A DNA stretch of 42,091 nt from Phycisphaeraceae bacterium (GCA_040905565.1 JBBDRF010000003.1:1-42091), one strand, 5' to 3'. Positions 9,585 to 22,493 are shown, numbered from the stretch's first letter. Numbers and translations: made by a program. The notes: generated by a model not told the origin, from the letters alone.

Positions 9585-11042
9585 ATGAGCGAGCTACCCT
9601 CCACCGTCGGTCTTCCGCCTCGCATCCTGATTGCCGACGACGATCCGATCGTCGCCGATTCGCTCGCTGAGCTGCTTCAGCGCGAAGGCTACCGTACCGC
9701 GACGGCCGGCGACGGCCACGAAGCGCTGACCATGCTCCGCGAGGCTGCCGACTCGGAGCAGCACGCTTTTTCCGTCGTCCTTGCCGATGTTAACATGCCC
9801 CGCACGCACGGTATGGAGATGCTTCGCCAGGTGCGTCGGCACCATCCCACCATCGTCCCGGTCATGATCACCGGCTACGGCACGATCGAGTCGGCGGTCG
9901 AGGCGGTCAAGCTCGGCGCGTTTGAGTACCTCACCAAGCCGCTGGTGGATCAGGAACTGTTGATCACACTTGATAAGGCGATCAAACAACAGGCGCTGCT
10001 GCGGGAGAACGCGTCGCTGCGGTCACGGCTGCACGGCCGCGGCCTCGAGAGCATGGTCGGCAACGACCGCCGTATGCAGCGCGTTTACGAGATGCTCGAA
10101 GCCGTCGCCCCCACCCGCTCAAGCGTCCTCGTCCTCGGCGACAGCGGCACGGGCAAGACCATGATCGCCAAAGCCGTCCACGATCGTTCCCCTCGCCGCG
10201 ACAAGCCGTTCGTCGTCTTCGCCTGCGGGTCGATCCCCGAAACGCTTCTGGAGAGTGAACTGTTCGGCCACGTCCGCGGCGCCTTCACCGGCGCCGATGC
10301 CGACAAGCCCGGCAAGCTCCGCGCTGCCGACGGCGGCACGCTGTTCATCGATGAGATCAACTCCGCCACGCCCGCCCTCCAGCTCAAACTCCTGCGTGTG
10401 CTTCAGGAACGGCAGTTCGAGCCGGTGGGCTCGCAGGAGACGGTGAAGGTGGATGTGCGTTTCGTCATCGCCACGAATGAGCCGTTGGATCGGTTGGTGA
10501 AGGAGGGCCACTTCCGCGAGGACCTGTACTATCGCATCAACGTGGTCTCGCTTCAGCTTCCGCCGTTGTCGCAGCGGTCCAGTGATGTGCCGATGCTTGC
10601 CGAGCATTTTTTGCACAAGTATTGCCGCGAGACGGGCAAGATCGTGACGCATGTTGCGGACGAAGCGGTGTCGGCGCTAGTGCGATACCGCTGGCCTGGC
10701 AATGTGCGTGAGCTTGAGAACGCGATCGAGCGGGCGGTGGTTTTGTGTCGTCGCCCCGTGATCGAACTTGAGGATCTGCCCGAGACGATCCGCTGCCAGA
10801 CGCCCGAAGGCGAGCCGGGTTTTGTTGAACGCCGCCGCAACCCCGGCTGGTTCCTCGGGCCCGACTGGAGCCCGCAACCTCTCCGCAATGCGCTTCAGGA
10901 ACCGGAAAAAGCGATCATCCTCGCGGCCCTGCGGCACAACGACTGGAACCGCCAGAAGACCGCTGCCGATCTGGATATCAACCGGACGACGCTCTATAAG
11001 AAGATCAAGCAGTACGATCTGGAAGAACTCGCAGCCGTGTGA
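9585..11042 (+). CDS. Sigma-54-dependent response regulator (NtrC/AtoC family)
   Basis: Receiver domain (ILIADDD, DVNMP), Walker A GDSGTGKT, ESELFGH, GAFTGA, FIDEI, WPGNVRELEN, Fis-type HTH. Confidence 0.93.
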   Translation: MSELPSTVGLPPRILIADDDPIVADSLAELLQREGYRTATAGDGHEALTMLREAADSEQHAFSVVLADVNMPRTHGMEMLRQVRRHHPTIVPVMITGYGTIESAVEAVKLGAFEYLTKPLVDQELLITLDKAIKQQALLRENASLRSRLHGRGLESMVGNDRRMQRVYEMLEAVAPTRSSVLVLGDSGTGKTMIAKAVHDRSPRRDKPFVVFACGSIPETLLESELFGHVRGAFTGADADKPGKLRAADGGTLFIDEINSATPALQLKLLRVLQERQFEPVGSQETVKVDVRFVIATNEPLDRLVKEGHFREDLYYRINVVSLQLPPLSQRSSDVPMLAEHFLHKYCRETGKIVTHVADEAVSALVRYRWPGNVRELENAIERAVVLCRRPVIELEDLPETIRCQTPEGEPGFVERRRNPGWFLGPDWSPQPLRNALQEPEKAIILAALRHNDWNRQKTAADLDINRTTLYKKIKQYDLEELAAV

Positions 11043-11052
11043 CCATCGCTAT

Positions 11053-11523
11053 TCAGTTCATCTGCCAGATCGCGAAGTTGATCGCCGCCGCGTAGCCGAC
11101 CCACGCGAGGTAGGGCAGCAGTAGCGCCCCCGCCAACGTGCTGATGCGGAAGAACAGCACCGTCGTGACCAGGATCGCCACCCAGAGGATGACGATCTCC
11201 ACGAACGCCGGGCCGGGCATGTGCATGGTGAAAAACAAAATCGACCATAGCGCGTTCAGCCCGAGTTGAACGAGGAACGCGATCAACGCCCATCGCCCTT
11301 GCGACCACCCCGCCCGCCGCCAGATATCCCACGCCGCCACCGCCATGAACAGGTACAGCAGCGTCCACACGGGCCCGAACACCCAGCCCGGCGGCTGGAA
11401 GGCTGGCTTCTCAAGCTCCCGATACCACTGCGATCCCGTGTCCGTACCGAGCGCGGCGATGCCCCAGCCGATCAGCACCACGCCCAGCCAGGCCGCCAAT
11501 CCCCATGCGTTGCGTTTGCTCAT
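11053..11523 (-). CDS. tspO: TspO/MBR family tryptophan-rich sensory protein
   Basis: WYRELEKPAFQPPGWVFGPVWTLLY, LNALWSILFF, LLLPYLAWV; ATG 11523. Confidence 0.92.
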   Translation of the reverse strand: MSKRNAWGLAAWLGVVLIGWGIAALGTDTGSQWYRELEKPAFQPPGWVFGPVWTLLYLFMAVAAWDIWRRAGWSQGRWALIAFLVQLGLNALWSILFFTMHMPGPAFVEIVILWVAILVTTVLFFRISTLAGALLLPYLAWVGYAAAINFAIWQMN

Positions 11524-11542
11524 AGAACTCCCCGTTCCCAAC

Positions 11543-11566
11543 AGCCGCGACGCTACGCGTCGCCGG
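11543..11566 (+). repeat. Short repeat family D, overlapping the rpe stop codon
   Basis: AGCCGCGACGCTACGCGTCGCCGG, 22/24 identical to 4637-4660. Confidence 0.6.
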
Positions 11567-12251
11567 TCCCGCGCAGCTGTTGCATCACCTTAGCGCGATC
11601 CGCCGCATTGAACAGCGCCGACGCCGCCACGATCGCATCACAACCCGCCTCGCGACAGGCCTCGACGGTGTCCGGCCCGATGCCGCCGTCCATCTCGATG
11701 CGGCAAGTGTCCGGAGCCGCCGCCCGCAACATGCTCGTCTTCTTCAGCACGTCCGCGATGAACTTCTGACCGCTGAAGCCCGGATTTACGCTCATCACCA
11801 GGAACATGTCGACGTTCTCAACGAGATGCAGCACCGCCTCGGCGGGCGTCGGCGGATTCAGCGAAACCCCCACATCGCACCCCGCCTCGCGAACCTGTTC
11901 GATCAAATCAAGCTCGTGATTCTCCCGCCGGCCGAGTGTCGCTTCGATGTGAAACGTTAGACAGTTGGCCCCCGCCTCGGCGAACGAAGCAACGTACCGC
12001 TCGGGCTCTTCGACCATCAGGTGAACATCAAGATACACGTCGGGAAAACGCTGGCGCAGGTCGGCCACCATCTTCGGGCCCATCGTCAGGTTCGGCACAA
12101 AATGGCCGTCCATCACGTCCACGTGCAGCCCCTCGGCTCCGAGCCCCAGCACCTCGGCGCACTCCTCGCCCATGCGCGTGAAATCGGCACCCAGAATCGA
12201 CGGGAAGATCAACGGACGACGCGGCGGATTCTGTAATAGCGTGTGATTCAT
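11553..12251 (-). CDS. rpe: Ribulose-phosphate 3-epimerase
   Basis: PSILGADF, HVDVMDGHFVPNLTMG, DVHLM, MSVNPGFSGQKF, EMDGG; ATG 12251. Confidence 0.95.
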   Translation of the reverse strand: MNHTLLQNPPRRPLIFPSILGADFTRMGEECAEVLGLGAEGLHVDVMDGHFVPNLTMGPKMVADLRQRFPDVYLDVHLMVEEPERYVASFAEAGANCLTFHIEATLGRRENHELDLIEQVREAGCDVGVSLNPPTPAEAVLHLVENVDMFLVMSVNPGFSGQKFIADVLKKTSMLRAAAPDTCRIEMDGGIGPDTVEACREAGCDAIVAASALFNAADRAKVMQQLRGTGDA

Positions 12252-12297
12252 AGGCGCGATTGTCGGAAGCGATCGCTCGCAACGCAAGAGCCGCCGT

Positions 12298-12332
12298 CTT
12301 GGCGAGCGGGAAACCGTCAGCGATCGTCCGTC
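12298..12332 (+). repeat. Degenerate family B repeat
   Basis: CTTGGCGAGCGGGAAACCGTCAGCGATCGTCCGTC resembles 9235-9264 and the reverse complement of 9393-9407. Confidence 0.65.
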
Positions 12333-12462
12333 AGAATCCCGTGGGAATTCCCTGACTGCATCGCTCCGATCGTTTCCAAAAACGCACCCTATCATCATTC
12401 GAAGGCGGCGCAGCGGCGTGCCGCCCTCCGACAAACAAACCATCGTGACGAAAGGCAACGAG

Positions 12463-13038
12463 ATGTCTGATCAACAACACATCGTCAACGGCATCGACGT
12501 CGCGAAGCTCGGCGAGACCGCCAAAACACTGAAAAAACAGCCTGATCAGGCCCAGTTTCGCTTCCACGCGAACAACCAATGGGAGCACGGCGGCCTCAAC
12601 CATACCACCTTCACCAGCTTCTACGGCGTCGGCGAAGAACATCAACACCCAACCCGATTCGTCGAGCACGCCGACGAACCTCCCGTCTTGCTCAGCAATG
12701 GCGAAGCGGCCAACCCCGTCGAGCATCTCCTTCACGCCCTCGCCAGTTGCATGACCACTTCCATGGTCTACCACGCAGCGGCGCGCGGCATCGAAGTCCA
12801 GAAAATCGAATCAGAAATCCAGGGCGATCTCGATATCCGTGGCTTCATGGGCATCTCGCCAGATGTCCGCAAGGGCTACCAGAGCATCCATCTCACCTTC
12901 CACGTCCAGTCCGACGGCACCGAAGAGCAGTTAGCCGAGTGCGCCCGCTTCTCCCCGGTGTACGACGTGGTCAGCCGCGGCACGGAGGTGACGTTCGACA
13001 TCGTCAAGGAACCCGCCAATGCACCGGCACAGCGATAG
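12463..13038 (+). CDS. OsmC/Ohr family protein
   Basis: VNGID N-terminus, ADEPPVLL, ANPVEHLLHALASC, GDLDIRGFMG, VRKGYQSI, SPVYD; ATG 12463. Confidence 0.88.
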   Translation: MSDQQHIVNGIDVAKLGETAKTLKKQPDQAQFRFHANNQWEHGGLNHTTFTSFYGVGEEHQHPTRFVEHADEPPVLLSNGEAANPVEHLLHALASCMTTSMVYHAAARGIEVQKIESEIQGDLDIRGFMGISPDVRKGYQSIHLTFHVQSDGTEEQLAECARFSPVYDVVSRGTEVTFDIVKEPANAPAQR

Positions 13039-13201
13039 CCGCCGCTTGTAAATCCGCACTCGGATATTTGTTGACGCTCCGGCGACACAGGCGCGTCGGT
13101 CAAGCTAGCATGGCGCAAGTCGGCGAAGCGTCGGGGACACGACGCCGCCACGCGACCGCGACCTCGATCAGGTCGCGGCTTTACTTGAGGGACGAACGAC
13201 C

Positions 13202-15598
13202 ATGAGCGATGAATCCAACCACGCCCACGCCGGCGCCGCGACGGAAGAGCGTAAGCCCAATCGGCTGATCGAAAGCACCAGCCCGTATCTGCTCCAACAC
13301 GCTTATAACCCCGTCGATTGGCACGAGTGGAATGCCGACACGCTCGCCGAAGCGAAGCGGCACGACAAGCCGATCTTCCTCTCCGTCGGCTACTCCACCT
13401 GCCACTGGTGCCACGTGATGGAGCACGAATCGTTCGAGCGCGACGACGTGGCCGCACTGCTCAACGACCTGTTCATCCCCATCAAGGTCGATCGTGAAGA
13501 ACGCCCCGACATCGACGAACAGTACATGCTGGCGACGCAACTTTCGACGCGCCGCGGCGGCTGGCCCAACAGCGTCGTCCTCACCCCCGACGGTCGCCCC
13601 TGGTTCGCCGGCACCTACTTCCCCCGGCCCCAGTTCATGCAGATGCTCATCCAACTCGGCCAGGCGTGGCGCGAACGTCGCGACGAGGTCGAACAACAAG
13701 CCGACCGCTTCGCCCAGGCCATCCGTGAAGCCGGGGCCGCCAGTCATGCGACAACGGCGCAGCCGCTGTCGCTCGCCGCACTGCATCGAGGCGTAAGCTA
13801 CTTCGAATCCGCTTACGACGAACGCAACGGCGGGTTCGGCGGCGCGCCCAAGTTCCCACCACACGGCGCGCTCGCCATGCTCCTTCAGCAGCAGCGCATG
13901 CAGCCCGATGACAAACGCCTCGCCATCATCAACCACACCCTCGACGCCATCGAACGCGGCGGCATCCACGATCACGTCGGCGGCGGCTTCCACCGATACG
14001 CCACCGATTCACGCTGGTTCCTCCCGCACTTCGAGAAAATGCTCTACGACAACGCCCAACTCATGCAGGCCTACACCCAGGCCTTCACCATCACCAACGA
14101 GCCACGCTATCGGCAGGTGGTCGCACGCGTGTTCGCATGGCTCAAGCGTGAGATGATCGACCAGCAAAGCGGCATCTACTCCGCCCTCGACGCCGACAGC
14201 GAAGGCGAGGAAGGCAAATACTACGTCTGGACCATCGCCGAGCTTGCCGACGTCCTCGGCCCCGACGATGCCGAAATCTTCGCCGCCGTGTACGGCACGA
14301 CCGAGCAGGGCAACTACATGGATGAAGCCACGCGCGAGCGCACCGGTGCGAACGTCCTGTATCTGCCCGAGTCGATCGAAGCCGCCGCGCAAACGCTGAA
14401 TGTCGACGCCACCGAACTCAATGATCGGCTGACCGCCATGCGCGAGAAGCTCCTGCATCGGCGTGAGCAGCGCATCCGTCCGCACCTTGATGACAAGGTG
14501 CTCTCCGGCTGGAACGGCTTGATGTTCGGTGCCCTCGCCCAGGCCGGCCGCACCTTCAACGAACCGGCCTACATCGAAGCGGCCAAGGCAGCCGCCGACT
14601 TCGTCCTCGGGCACATGCGCACCGACGGCCGCCTCCACCGAAGCTGGCGCAACGGCAAGACCACCGGCGTCGGCTATCTCGATGACTACGCCTACGTCGC
14701 CTCCGGCCTGCTCGATATCTACAAGGCCAACGAAGACCCGCACTACCTCCAGGCCGCCCGCGCTCTCATCGTCACCATGATCGAAGATTTCCACGACCCC
14801 GCAGCAGGCGGCTTCTACTTCACCAGCGGCTCCCACGAGTCGCTTCTCCTCCGCGCCAAGGAACTCGGCGGCGGCGGGAACATGCCCTCCGGCAACGGCG
14901 TCGCGGCCTCCGCCATGATCCGCCTGGCCATAAACACGGGCGAGAAACGCTACGCCGAGCTCGCCGCCGATACCCTCAACGCCTTCGCCGGCATGATGTG
15001 GTCCAACCCCCACGGCTCAGAAAGTCTCCTCGTCGCACTCGGCGAATACGTCCAGGCAGCCGAGCATCACCAGCTGCCGCCGCTGGTGCAGGAACTCCAA
15101 AGCGATGCCGACGTCGCCCTCCGCCGAGGCCCCCTTCGCGTCGAAGCATACCTCTCCCACGACACCGTCACACCCGGCCAACAACTCCACGCAGCTATCC
15201 GCCTCACACTCGACGATGGCCTCCACGTCTACGCCAACCCCACCGGCTCGTCAGGCCTCACGCCCACCGAAATCACCATCGAACCGCCCCGCGTCGCCAC
15301 GCTCAGTAACGTCGCCTACCCCGAGCCCCAGCAGCTGACCGACCCCATCCTCAACGAGCCCATGCACGTCTACCAAGGCAGCGTCACCATCCTCGCCTCG
15401 CTGCACGTCGTTGACGATGCGCCCCAGGGCGACGCCGACATCCGCCTCAACGTCAAGTGCCAGGCCTGCGATGATCAAGCCTGCCTCGAGCCCGAACTAA
15501 TCCGTTTGGAGTTGCCCATCACCGTCGCCGCCGACACTGCCGACCAGCAATTCCGCCACGCCAACATCTTCCGCCCCCTCGGCGTCACGGAACTCTGA
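13202..15598 (+). CDS. YyaL/SSP411-like thioredoxin-domain protein with C-terminal DsbD-N-like domain
   Basis: [64 protein letters not shown]; extra C-terminal domain ending QACDDQACL. Confidence 0.88.
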   Translation: MSDESNHAHAGAATEERKPNRLIESTSPYLLQHAYNPVDWHEWNADTLAEAKRHDKPIFLSVGYSTCHWCHVMEHESFERDDVAALLNDLFIPIKVDREERPDIDEQYMLATQLSTRRGGWPNSVVLTPDGRPWFAGTYFPRPQFMQMLIQLGQAWRERRDEVEQQADRFAQAIREAGAASHATTAQPLSLAALHRGVSYFESAYDERNGGFGGAPKFPPHGALAMLLQQQRMQPDDKRLAIINHTLDAIERGGIHDHVGGGFHRYATDSRWFLPHFEKMLYDNAQLMQAYTQAFTITNEPRYRQVVARVFAWLKREMIDQQSGIYSALDADSEGEEGKYYVWTIAELADVLGPDDAEIFAAVYGTTEQGNYMDEATRERTGANVLYLPESIEAAAQTLNVDATELNDRLTAMREKLLHRREQRIRPHLDDKVLSGWNGLMFGALAQAGRTFNEPAYIEAAKAAADFVLGHMRTDGRLHRSWRNGKTTGVGYLDDYAYVASGLLDIYKANEDPHYLQAARALIVTMIEDFHDPAAGGFYFTSGSHESLLLRAKELGGGGNMPSGNGVAASAMIRLAINTGEKRYAELAADTLNAFAGMMWSNPHGSESLLVALGEYVQAAEHHQLPPLVQELQSDADVALRRGPLRVEAYLSHDTVTPGQQLHAAIRLTLDDGLHVYANPTGSSGLTPTEITIEPPRVATLSNVAYPEPQQLTDPILNEPMHVYQGSVTILASLHVVDDAPQGDADIRLNVKCQACDDQACLEPELIRLELPITVAADTADQQFRHANIFRPLGVTEL

Positions 15599-15610
15599 AA
15601 CGCATGCCAC

Positions 15611-15636
15611 CCGTTAGCGGGCGATCGCAGATCGCC
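15611..15636 (+). repeat. REP-like repeat family C
   Basis: CCGTTAGCGGGCGATCGCAGATCGCC; exact reverse complement at 24751-24776. Confidence 0.8.
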
Positions 15637-15662
15637 ACGGGCCAACGCCACAGGATTCATCG

Positions 15663-16151
15663 TCAATCACGATGCGCGGGGATGTAATGGATCGATTCAC
15701 GCAGTCGGGTTTTCCATACGGTGCTGTTGCTCAACGTTTCCCAGCCAGCGCTTTGGAGCATCAAGGCAACTTCGGCAACTTCTTCTGCGCTTAGATCGAG
15801 CGGCTCAAGCGTCTTTTGTGGCGTAAGCGCGTATACAACTTTTTGCGCTGGAAGGCGATGCCCTTCTATCCGCACATGGTTTTCGGGCAGAACAACAGTC
15901 ACGGGAACGGTACCTGGCGCAGCCTTCCATAGGATCAAGCCGCATACGACCATCTCGCCTGCCTCGTCCTGGCAATGCTGCAGGACGTAGCCAAGGTTAA
16001 GGTCCACGTCGATCCCAATGGAACCATTACTGATGTGACGCTTAGGCCCTGAACCTTGCGTTCGGCCATCGCATCCAACCAATGCGGCCGCCACCAGTGT
16101 TACTGCGAGAACGATACAACCTCTAACGATGATCCCACTCGCAGTCAACAC
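15663..16151 (-). CDS. Hypothetical lipoprotein
   Basis: 3' part of ORF 15663..16733. GTG/TTG starts at 16157-16148 follow GAGGAAGG at the dxs stop; hydrophobic stretch then lipobox LVGC. Confidence 0.5.
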   Translation of the reverse strand: MLTASGIIVRGCIVLAVTLVAAALVGCDGRTQGSGPKRHISNGSIGIDVDLNLGYVLQHCQDEAGEMVVCGLILWKAAPGTVPVTVVLPENHVRIEGHRLPAQKVVYALTPQKTLEPLDLSAEEVAEVALMLQSAGWETLSNSTVWKTRLRESIHYIPAHRD

Positions 16152-16164
16152 CACCACCCCTTCC

Positions 16165-18102
16165 TCAGCGTGAGCGTGCCGTCGTTGCCGGGTCGACGTT
16201 GACCTTCGGCTGTGGGGCTGCGGGCGTGTCCAGAATCTCCCGCACCTGGCGACAAATGCTGGCGACGTCGATGCCGGCCTCGGCCAGTTGTGCCGAGCGT
16301 GAGCCCTGATAAATCCACGCGTCCGGCAGGCCCAGACGCCAGATCTGGTCGGTCGACAGCCGGTCGGCGTTGCACGCTTCAAGCACGCAAGTGCCGAACC
16401 CGCCCTGCAATGCGTGATCCTCAAGCGTGATGATCGGCGTTCGGCTTCCAACCAGCTCGCGAAGAAGCTCGCTATCGACGGGCTTGGCGAAACGGGCATC
16501 GTAAACGGCCACGCTGTAGCCCTGCTCAGCAAGTTCAGTCCGGGCCTTGAGCGCGTCATAAGCCGTGATGCCGTAAGCGAGTATCGCCAGGTCGTCACCG
16601 TCGGCGAGCTTGTGGGCCTTGCCCATTTCGAACGCGGGAGGCGTTTCTTCGTGGGCGGGCGTGGCGACATTATCACGCGGGTAACGCAGGGCGCTCGGCC
16701 CCGCATCGTGCTGCTGCATGAACTTAAGTGCATGCTTGAGCGTGGGTTCGTCGATCGCCGCCATCAGCGTCATGTTCGGGAAGCCGCGGAGGAACGCGAC
16801 ATCGAGGAAGCCGTGGTGCACCGCACCGTCGCCGCCGACGAGGCCCGCACGGTCCATGCAGATGCGGACGGGCAGGTTCTGAAGGGCAACTTCCTGAAAG
16901 ACCTGATCGAACGCCCGCTGCATAAATGTAGAGTACACCGTGACAAACGGCCGCATCCCCGCCTTCGCCATGCCCGCACACATGTCCATCGCATGGCTCT
17001 CAGCGATGCCCACGTCAAACGCCCGCTCGGGGAACTTCGGAATGACGTGGTTCAGGCCGGTACCGTCTGGCATACCAGCAGTTACGGTCGTGACGCGTTC
17101 GTCACTTTCCATGATTTCCGTCAGGGCGTCGGCGTAAGCGGCGGTGAAGGATCGGCCGCCCTTCTGCAGCTCCACGCGGCAGCCTTCGACACGGAACGGC
17201 TTGGGCGAATGGAAGGTCGTCGGATCGCCCGCGGAGAAGTCGAAACCCTTGCCCTTGATGGTCTTGCAGTGAAGCAGCACGGGCCGGTCCAGCTCTTTGA
17301 CTTCGTGAAGCATCTCGATAAGCGTCGGCAGATCGTGCCCATCGATCGGCCCCACGCACAGCAGGCCGAAGTGCTCGAACATGTGGTCGTGGGCGAGGGC
17401 AGCCTTGGTCATCTCGCCGAGGCGATGGTAGGCCTCCTCAAGCGTCTGCCCGCCAGGCAAACGCTTAAGTACTTCGTGGGCACGGGTTTTCAGGCCCTTG
17501 TAGATCGGGTTCAGCCGCACTTTGTCGAAGTAAGTCGCCAGCGCGCCCTGCGGCTCGCCGATGCTCATCCCGTTGTCATTAAGGACGATAAGCATCTGCC
17601 GGTTCAGCGTTCCCGCGTTGTTGAGCCCTTCGAGGGCGACGCCGTTGACGATGGACGAATCGCCGACGAGCGCGACGGTTTTGCGGTCGCCCTGGCCGGT
17701 GAGCGCGTCGCCGCGCGCCATGCCGACAGCGGTGGAAATGCCTGTTCCAGCATGACCTACGCTGAACAGGTCGTAGGCCGACTCACGCGGCTCGGGGAAC
17801 CCCGCCATGCCGTCCGCCTGGCGCAGCTTGCCCATCAACGGCAGCCGACCTGTCAAGAGTTTATGCGGATAACACTGGTGGCCCACGTCAAATAGGAGCC
17901 GATCGTGTCCGAAATCGAACACGTAATGCAGCGCGATGGACAGTTCCACGACCCCGAGGTTGGGCGCGAGATGGCCGCCCGTTTTGGAAACCTGATCGCA
18001 GATCGCTTCGCGGATTTCGCTCGCAAGCGCTTCCAGCTGCTCGATTTCGAGCTTCTTGAGATCGGCGGGTGTGTGGATGGTATCGAGCAGCGGATAGGCC
18101 AT
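16165..18102 (-). CDS. dxs: 1-deoxy-D-xylulose-5-phosphate synthase
   Basis: GGHLAPNLGVVEL, DVGHQCYPHK, LNDNGMSI, GPIDGHD, DVGIAE, YSTFMQRAFDQ, DRAGLVGGDG. Confidence 0.97.
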   Translation of the reverse strand: MAYPLLDTIHTPADLKKLEIEQLEALASEIREAICDQVSKTGGHLAPNLGVVELSIALHYVFDFGHDRLLFDVGHQCYPHKLLTGRLPLMGKLRQADGMAGFPEPRESAYDLFSVGHAGTGISTAVGMARGDALTGQGDRKTVALVGDSSIVNGVALEGLNNAGTLNRQMLIVLNDNGMSIGEPQGALATYFDKVRLNPIYKGLKTRAHEVLKRLPGGQTLEEAYHRLGEMTKAALAHDHMFEHFGLLCVGPIDGHDLPTLIEMLHEVKELDRPVLLHCKTIKGKGFDFSAGDPTTFHSPKPFRVEGCRVELQKGGRSFTAAYADALTEIMESDERVTTVTAGMPDGTGLNHVIPKFPERAFDVGIAESHAMDMCAGMAKAGMRPFVTVYSTFMQRAFDQVFQEVALQNLPVRICMDRAGLVGGDGAVHHGFLDVAFLRGFPNMTLMAAIDEPTLKHALKFMQQHDAGPSALRYPRDNVATPAHEETPPAFEMGKAHKLADGDDLAILAYGITAYDALKARTELAEQGYSVAVYDARFAKPVDSELLRELVGSRTPIITLEDHALQGGFGTCVLEACNADRLSTDQIWRLGLPDAWIYQGSRSAQLAEAGIDVASICRQVREILDTPAAPQPKVNVDPATTARSR

Positions 18103-18345
18103 GTGCAGCGTTCCTTGCGGATTGCCTGGTCAAAGTCTTACCGACAGGTGGCGTCCTGCAGCCATTGCGTGGCTGTCCCCTTGACGGCGCGGCATTGTCG
18201 GCAGTGAATTACCATTAAATCGTCGGCTACACCGGTAGCCGTCCTTTGAATCCCACATTATCCCCCCTTCGGACCATTACGGCAAGTTATCGCGGGGATT
18301 ATTCGGTCATCGGCATTACGAGGCAGGGAGGATGAAAGGCGAGGT

Positions 18346-19248
18346 CTACTTGGTGCGCACCGCGAGGTAGTCGCAGAGCTGACGGAGGGGGATGGCGGCT
18401 TCGCCAAGTGGCTTAAGTGACTCAGTGGCCTCTTGTTGCAGTCGCGAGACTTCGTCCCGCGTGGCCTCGATTCCGAGCACGCCGGGGTAGGTCGTTTTCT
18501 CCTGATTCGCGTCCTTACCGGCGGTTTTTCCCAGTTGTTCGGTGGTCTGCGTCACGTCCAGAAGATCGTCGACAACCTGGAACATCAGACCGATCGCGTC
18601 GGCGTAACGCGACAGCGCTTCGACCTGCTCAGCCTTCGCGCCGGCACAGATGGCACCCATCCGGGCGGACGCGCGGATCAGCGCGCCGGTCTTGTGGCGG
18701 TGGATTGTGCGGAGCTTCTCGAGCGGCTCGACGGACTCATCAAAATCCGGGAGCGTGTCATAAACCTGACCGGCGATCATCGCGTTCGTGCCCCGCGCCA
18801 GTTCACGGACGATGCGCGTGGCCAGTTCGGGCGGGTGCAGCCGATCGACCAGCAGTTCGAAGGCGAGGCCCATCATGGCGTCGCCGGCGAGAATGGCCAT
18901 GGCTTCATTGGTGGCTTTGTGGAGCGTCGGCCGACCGCGGCGGAGGTCGTCATCGTCCATCGCGGGCAGGTCGTCGTGGATAAGCGAGAAGCAGTGGATC
19001 ATTTCGATGGCGGCGGCGGCGGGCATGGCTGCCTCGGCTTTGCCACCGACCGCTTCGCAGCTGCGGATCACCAGCACGGGACGCAGACGCTTGCCCTCGC
19101 CCAGCAGCGAATAGCTCATGGCGTCGACAAGATTGCGAGGCAGGTCGACACTCTTGAGGTACTGCTCAAGGTACGCATCCACCTGTCTGGCGGGGGCGGC
19201 GAGTAGCTCAGCGGCGGTCAGTGCGGTAGAGGTTTGGGGGCTGCTCAT
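18346..19248 (-). CDS. ispA: Polyprenyl (farnesyl/geranylgeranyl) diphosphate synthase
   Basis: GKRLRP, FARM SLIHDDLPAMDDDDLRRG, KTGAL, SARM FQVVDDLLD, GKTAGKD; upstream of dxs. Confidence 0.92.
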   Translation of the reverse strand: MSSPQTSTALTAAELLAAPARQVDAYLEQYLKSVDLPRNLVDAMSYSLLGEGKRLRPVLVIRSCEAVGGKAEAAMPAAAAIEMIHCFSLIHDDLPAMDDDDLRRGRPTLHKATNEAMAILAGDAMMGLAFELLVDRLHPPELATRIVRELARGTNAMIAGQVYDTLPDFDESVEPLEKLRTIHRHKTGALIRASARMGAICAGAKAEQVEALSRYADAIGLMFQVVDDLLDVTQTTEQLGKTAGKDANQEKTTYPGVLGIEATRDEVSRLQQEATESLKPLGEAAIPLRQLCDYLAVRTK

Positions 19249-19377
19249 CGAGAATCGTTCCCTTAGATCCGAGCGAAACCGCCACTATACCCCGCGGCTT
19301 GGGGGGGCTCAAACATGGCATAAGCCAGTGGGGGGATCGTTTAGGGAAAATGTTCATCGTCGAAGTCACGCGCGTCG

Positions 19378-19407
19378 AATGCTCAAGGCCCAATGCTCAA
19401 TCCTCAA
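19378..19407. repeat. Short degenerate tandem repeat (AATGCTC-like heptamers)
   Basis: AATGCTC AAGGCCC AATGCTC AATCCTC AA in the intergenic region. Confidence 0.45.
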
Positions 19408-19545
19408 GGGGCAACAGGGATCATTCAGGAATGATAACCGCAGAGGCAAGGAGGGGGAGGAGAAGAAAAGACAGAAGAGAAGCGGGAAAACAAAAAAGAC
19501 CTTCGCGGCGGGCGCGCGGAGTCGTGAGGCACAACCGCTCCCTTG

Positions 19546-19551
19546 TATCTT
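19546..19551 (+). promoter_or_regulatory. -10 half (TATCTT) of the circle-junction promoter
   Basis: In the circularised element it lies exactly 17 bp after TTGACT (21974-21979). Confidence 0.7.
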
Positions 19552-19557
19552 CATCTT

Positions 19558-19621
19558 GTTGATAATTGTTCGATCGTTTTGGATGTCGTCGTCGTCCGCA
19601 GTGAGCGTAGCGAGTGAGGAC
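19558..19621 (+). ncRNA. Bridge RNA, 5' exon (most of the 5' accessory hairpin)
   Basis: Downstream of the junction -10. GTCGTCGTCC (19588-97) pairs with GGAC|(C)GACGAC only once the intron is removed. TSS is an estimate. Confidence 0.6.
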
Positions 19622-21979
<2,358 letters not shown>

Positions 21980-22031
21980 TGAAAGACAGCCGCTTACGGT
22001 CGCGGCTCGTAATCAGCGTTGCTTGGTCTTG

Positions 22032-22076
22032 AAAAGAACGAAGGCGACGAGCTTTCGCTCGGCGCCTTCGCTTTTT
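22032..22076. terminator. Bidirectional intrinsic terminator
   Basis: AAAAG..CGAAGGCGACGAGC-TTTC-GCTCGGCGCCTTCG-CTTTTT between convergent genes. Confidence 0.8.
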
Positions 22077-22151
22077 GCTCCACAGCCTATCGGTGATCAG
22101 CGGCTTCGCCTCGGTCTCGGAGCGGCAGAGTCGCTGATGTTCTGACGCGTC

Positions 22152-22493
22152 CTAACGGCGGCGCGTCGTCTTCTTGGTAGCCTTCTTTTTCGTAGCCTTC
22201 TTGGTTGGCTTCTTCTTGGTCACCTTCTTTTTGGTGGCCTTGGCGGCGCCGGCTTTCTTGGCTGTCTTCTTTGCTGTCTTCTTGGCAGTTTTCTTGGCGA
22301 CCTTCTTGGCCGGCTTCTTCTTGGTGGTCTTCTTCGCTGCCTTCTTCTTGGTGGTCTTGCGAAGCGGAGCAGCCTTCTTAGTGACCTTCTTCTTGGTGGC
22401 CTTCTTGGCTGTCTTCTTCGCGGGACGCTTGGTTACCTTCTTCTTGGCCGTCTTTTTGGCGGCCTTCTTCTTGGTAGCTTTCTTCTTGGCCAT
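22152..22493 (-). CDS. Lys/Ala/Thr-rich histone H1-like basic protein
   Basis: 113 aa of KKTA/KKAT/KKPA repeats; GGAG RBS, upstream promoter and downstream terminator. Confidence 0.8.
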   Translation of the reverse strand: MAKKKATKKKAAKKTAKKKVTKRPAKKTAKKATKKKVTKKAAPLRKTTKKKAAKKTTKKKPAKKVAKKTAKKTAKKTAKKAGAAKATKKKVTKKKPTKKATKKKATKKTTRRR

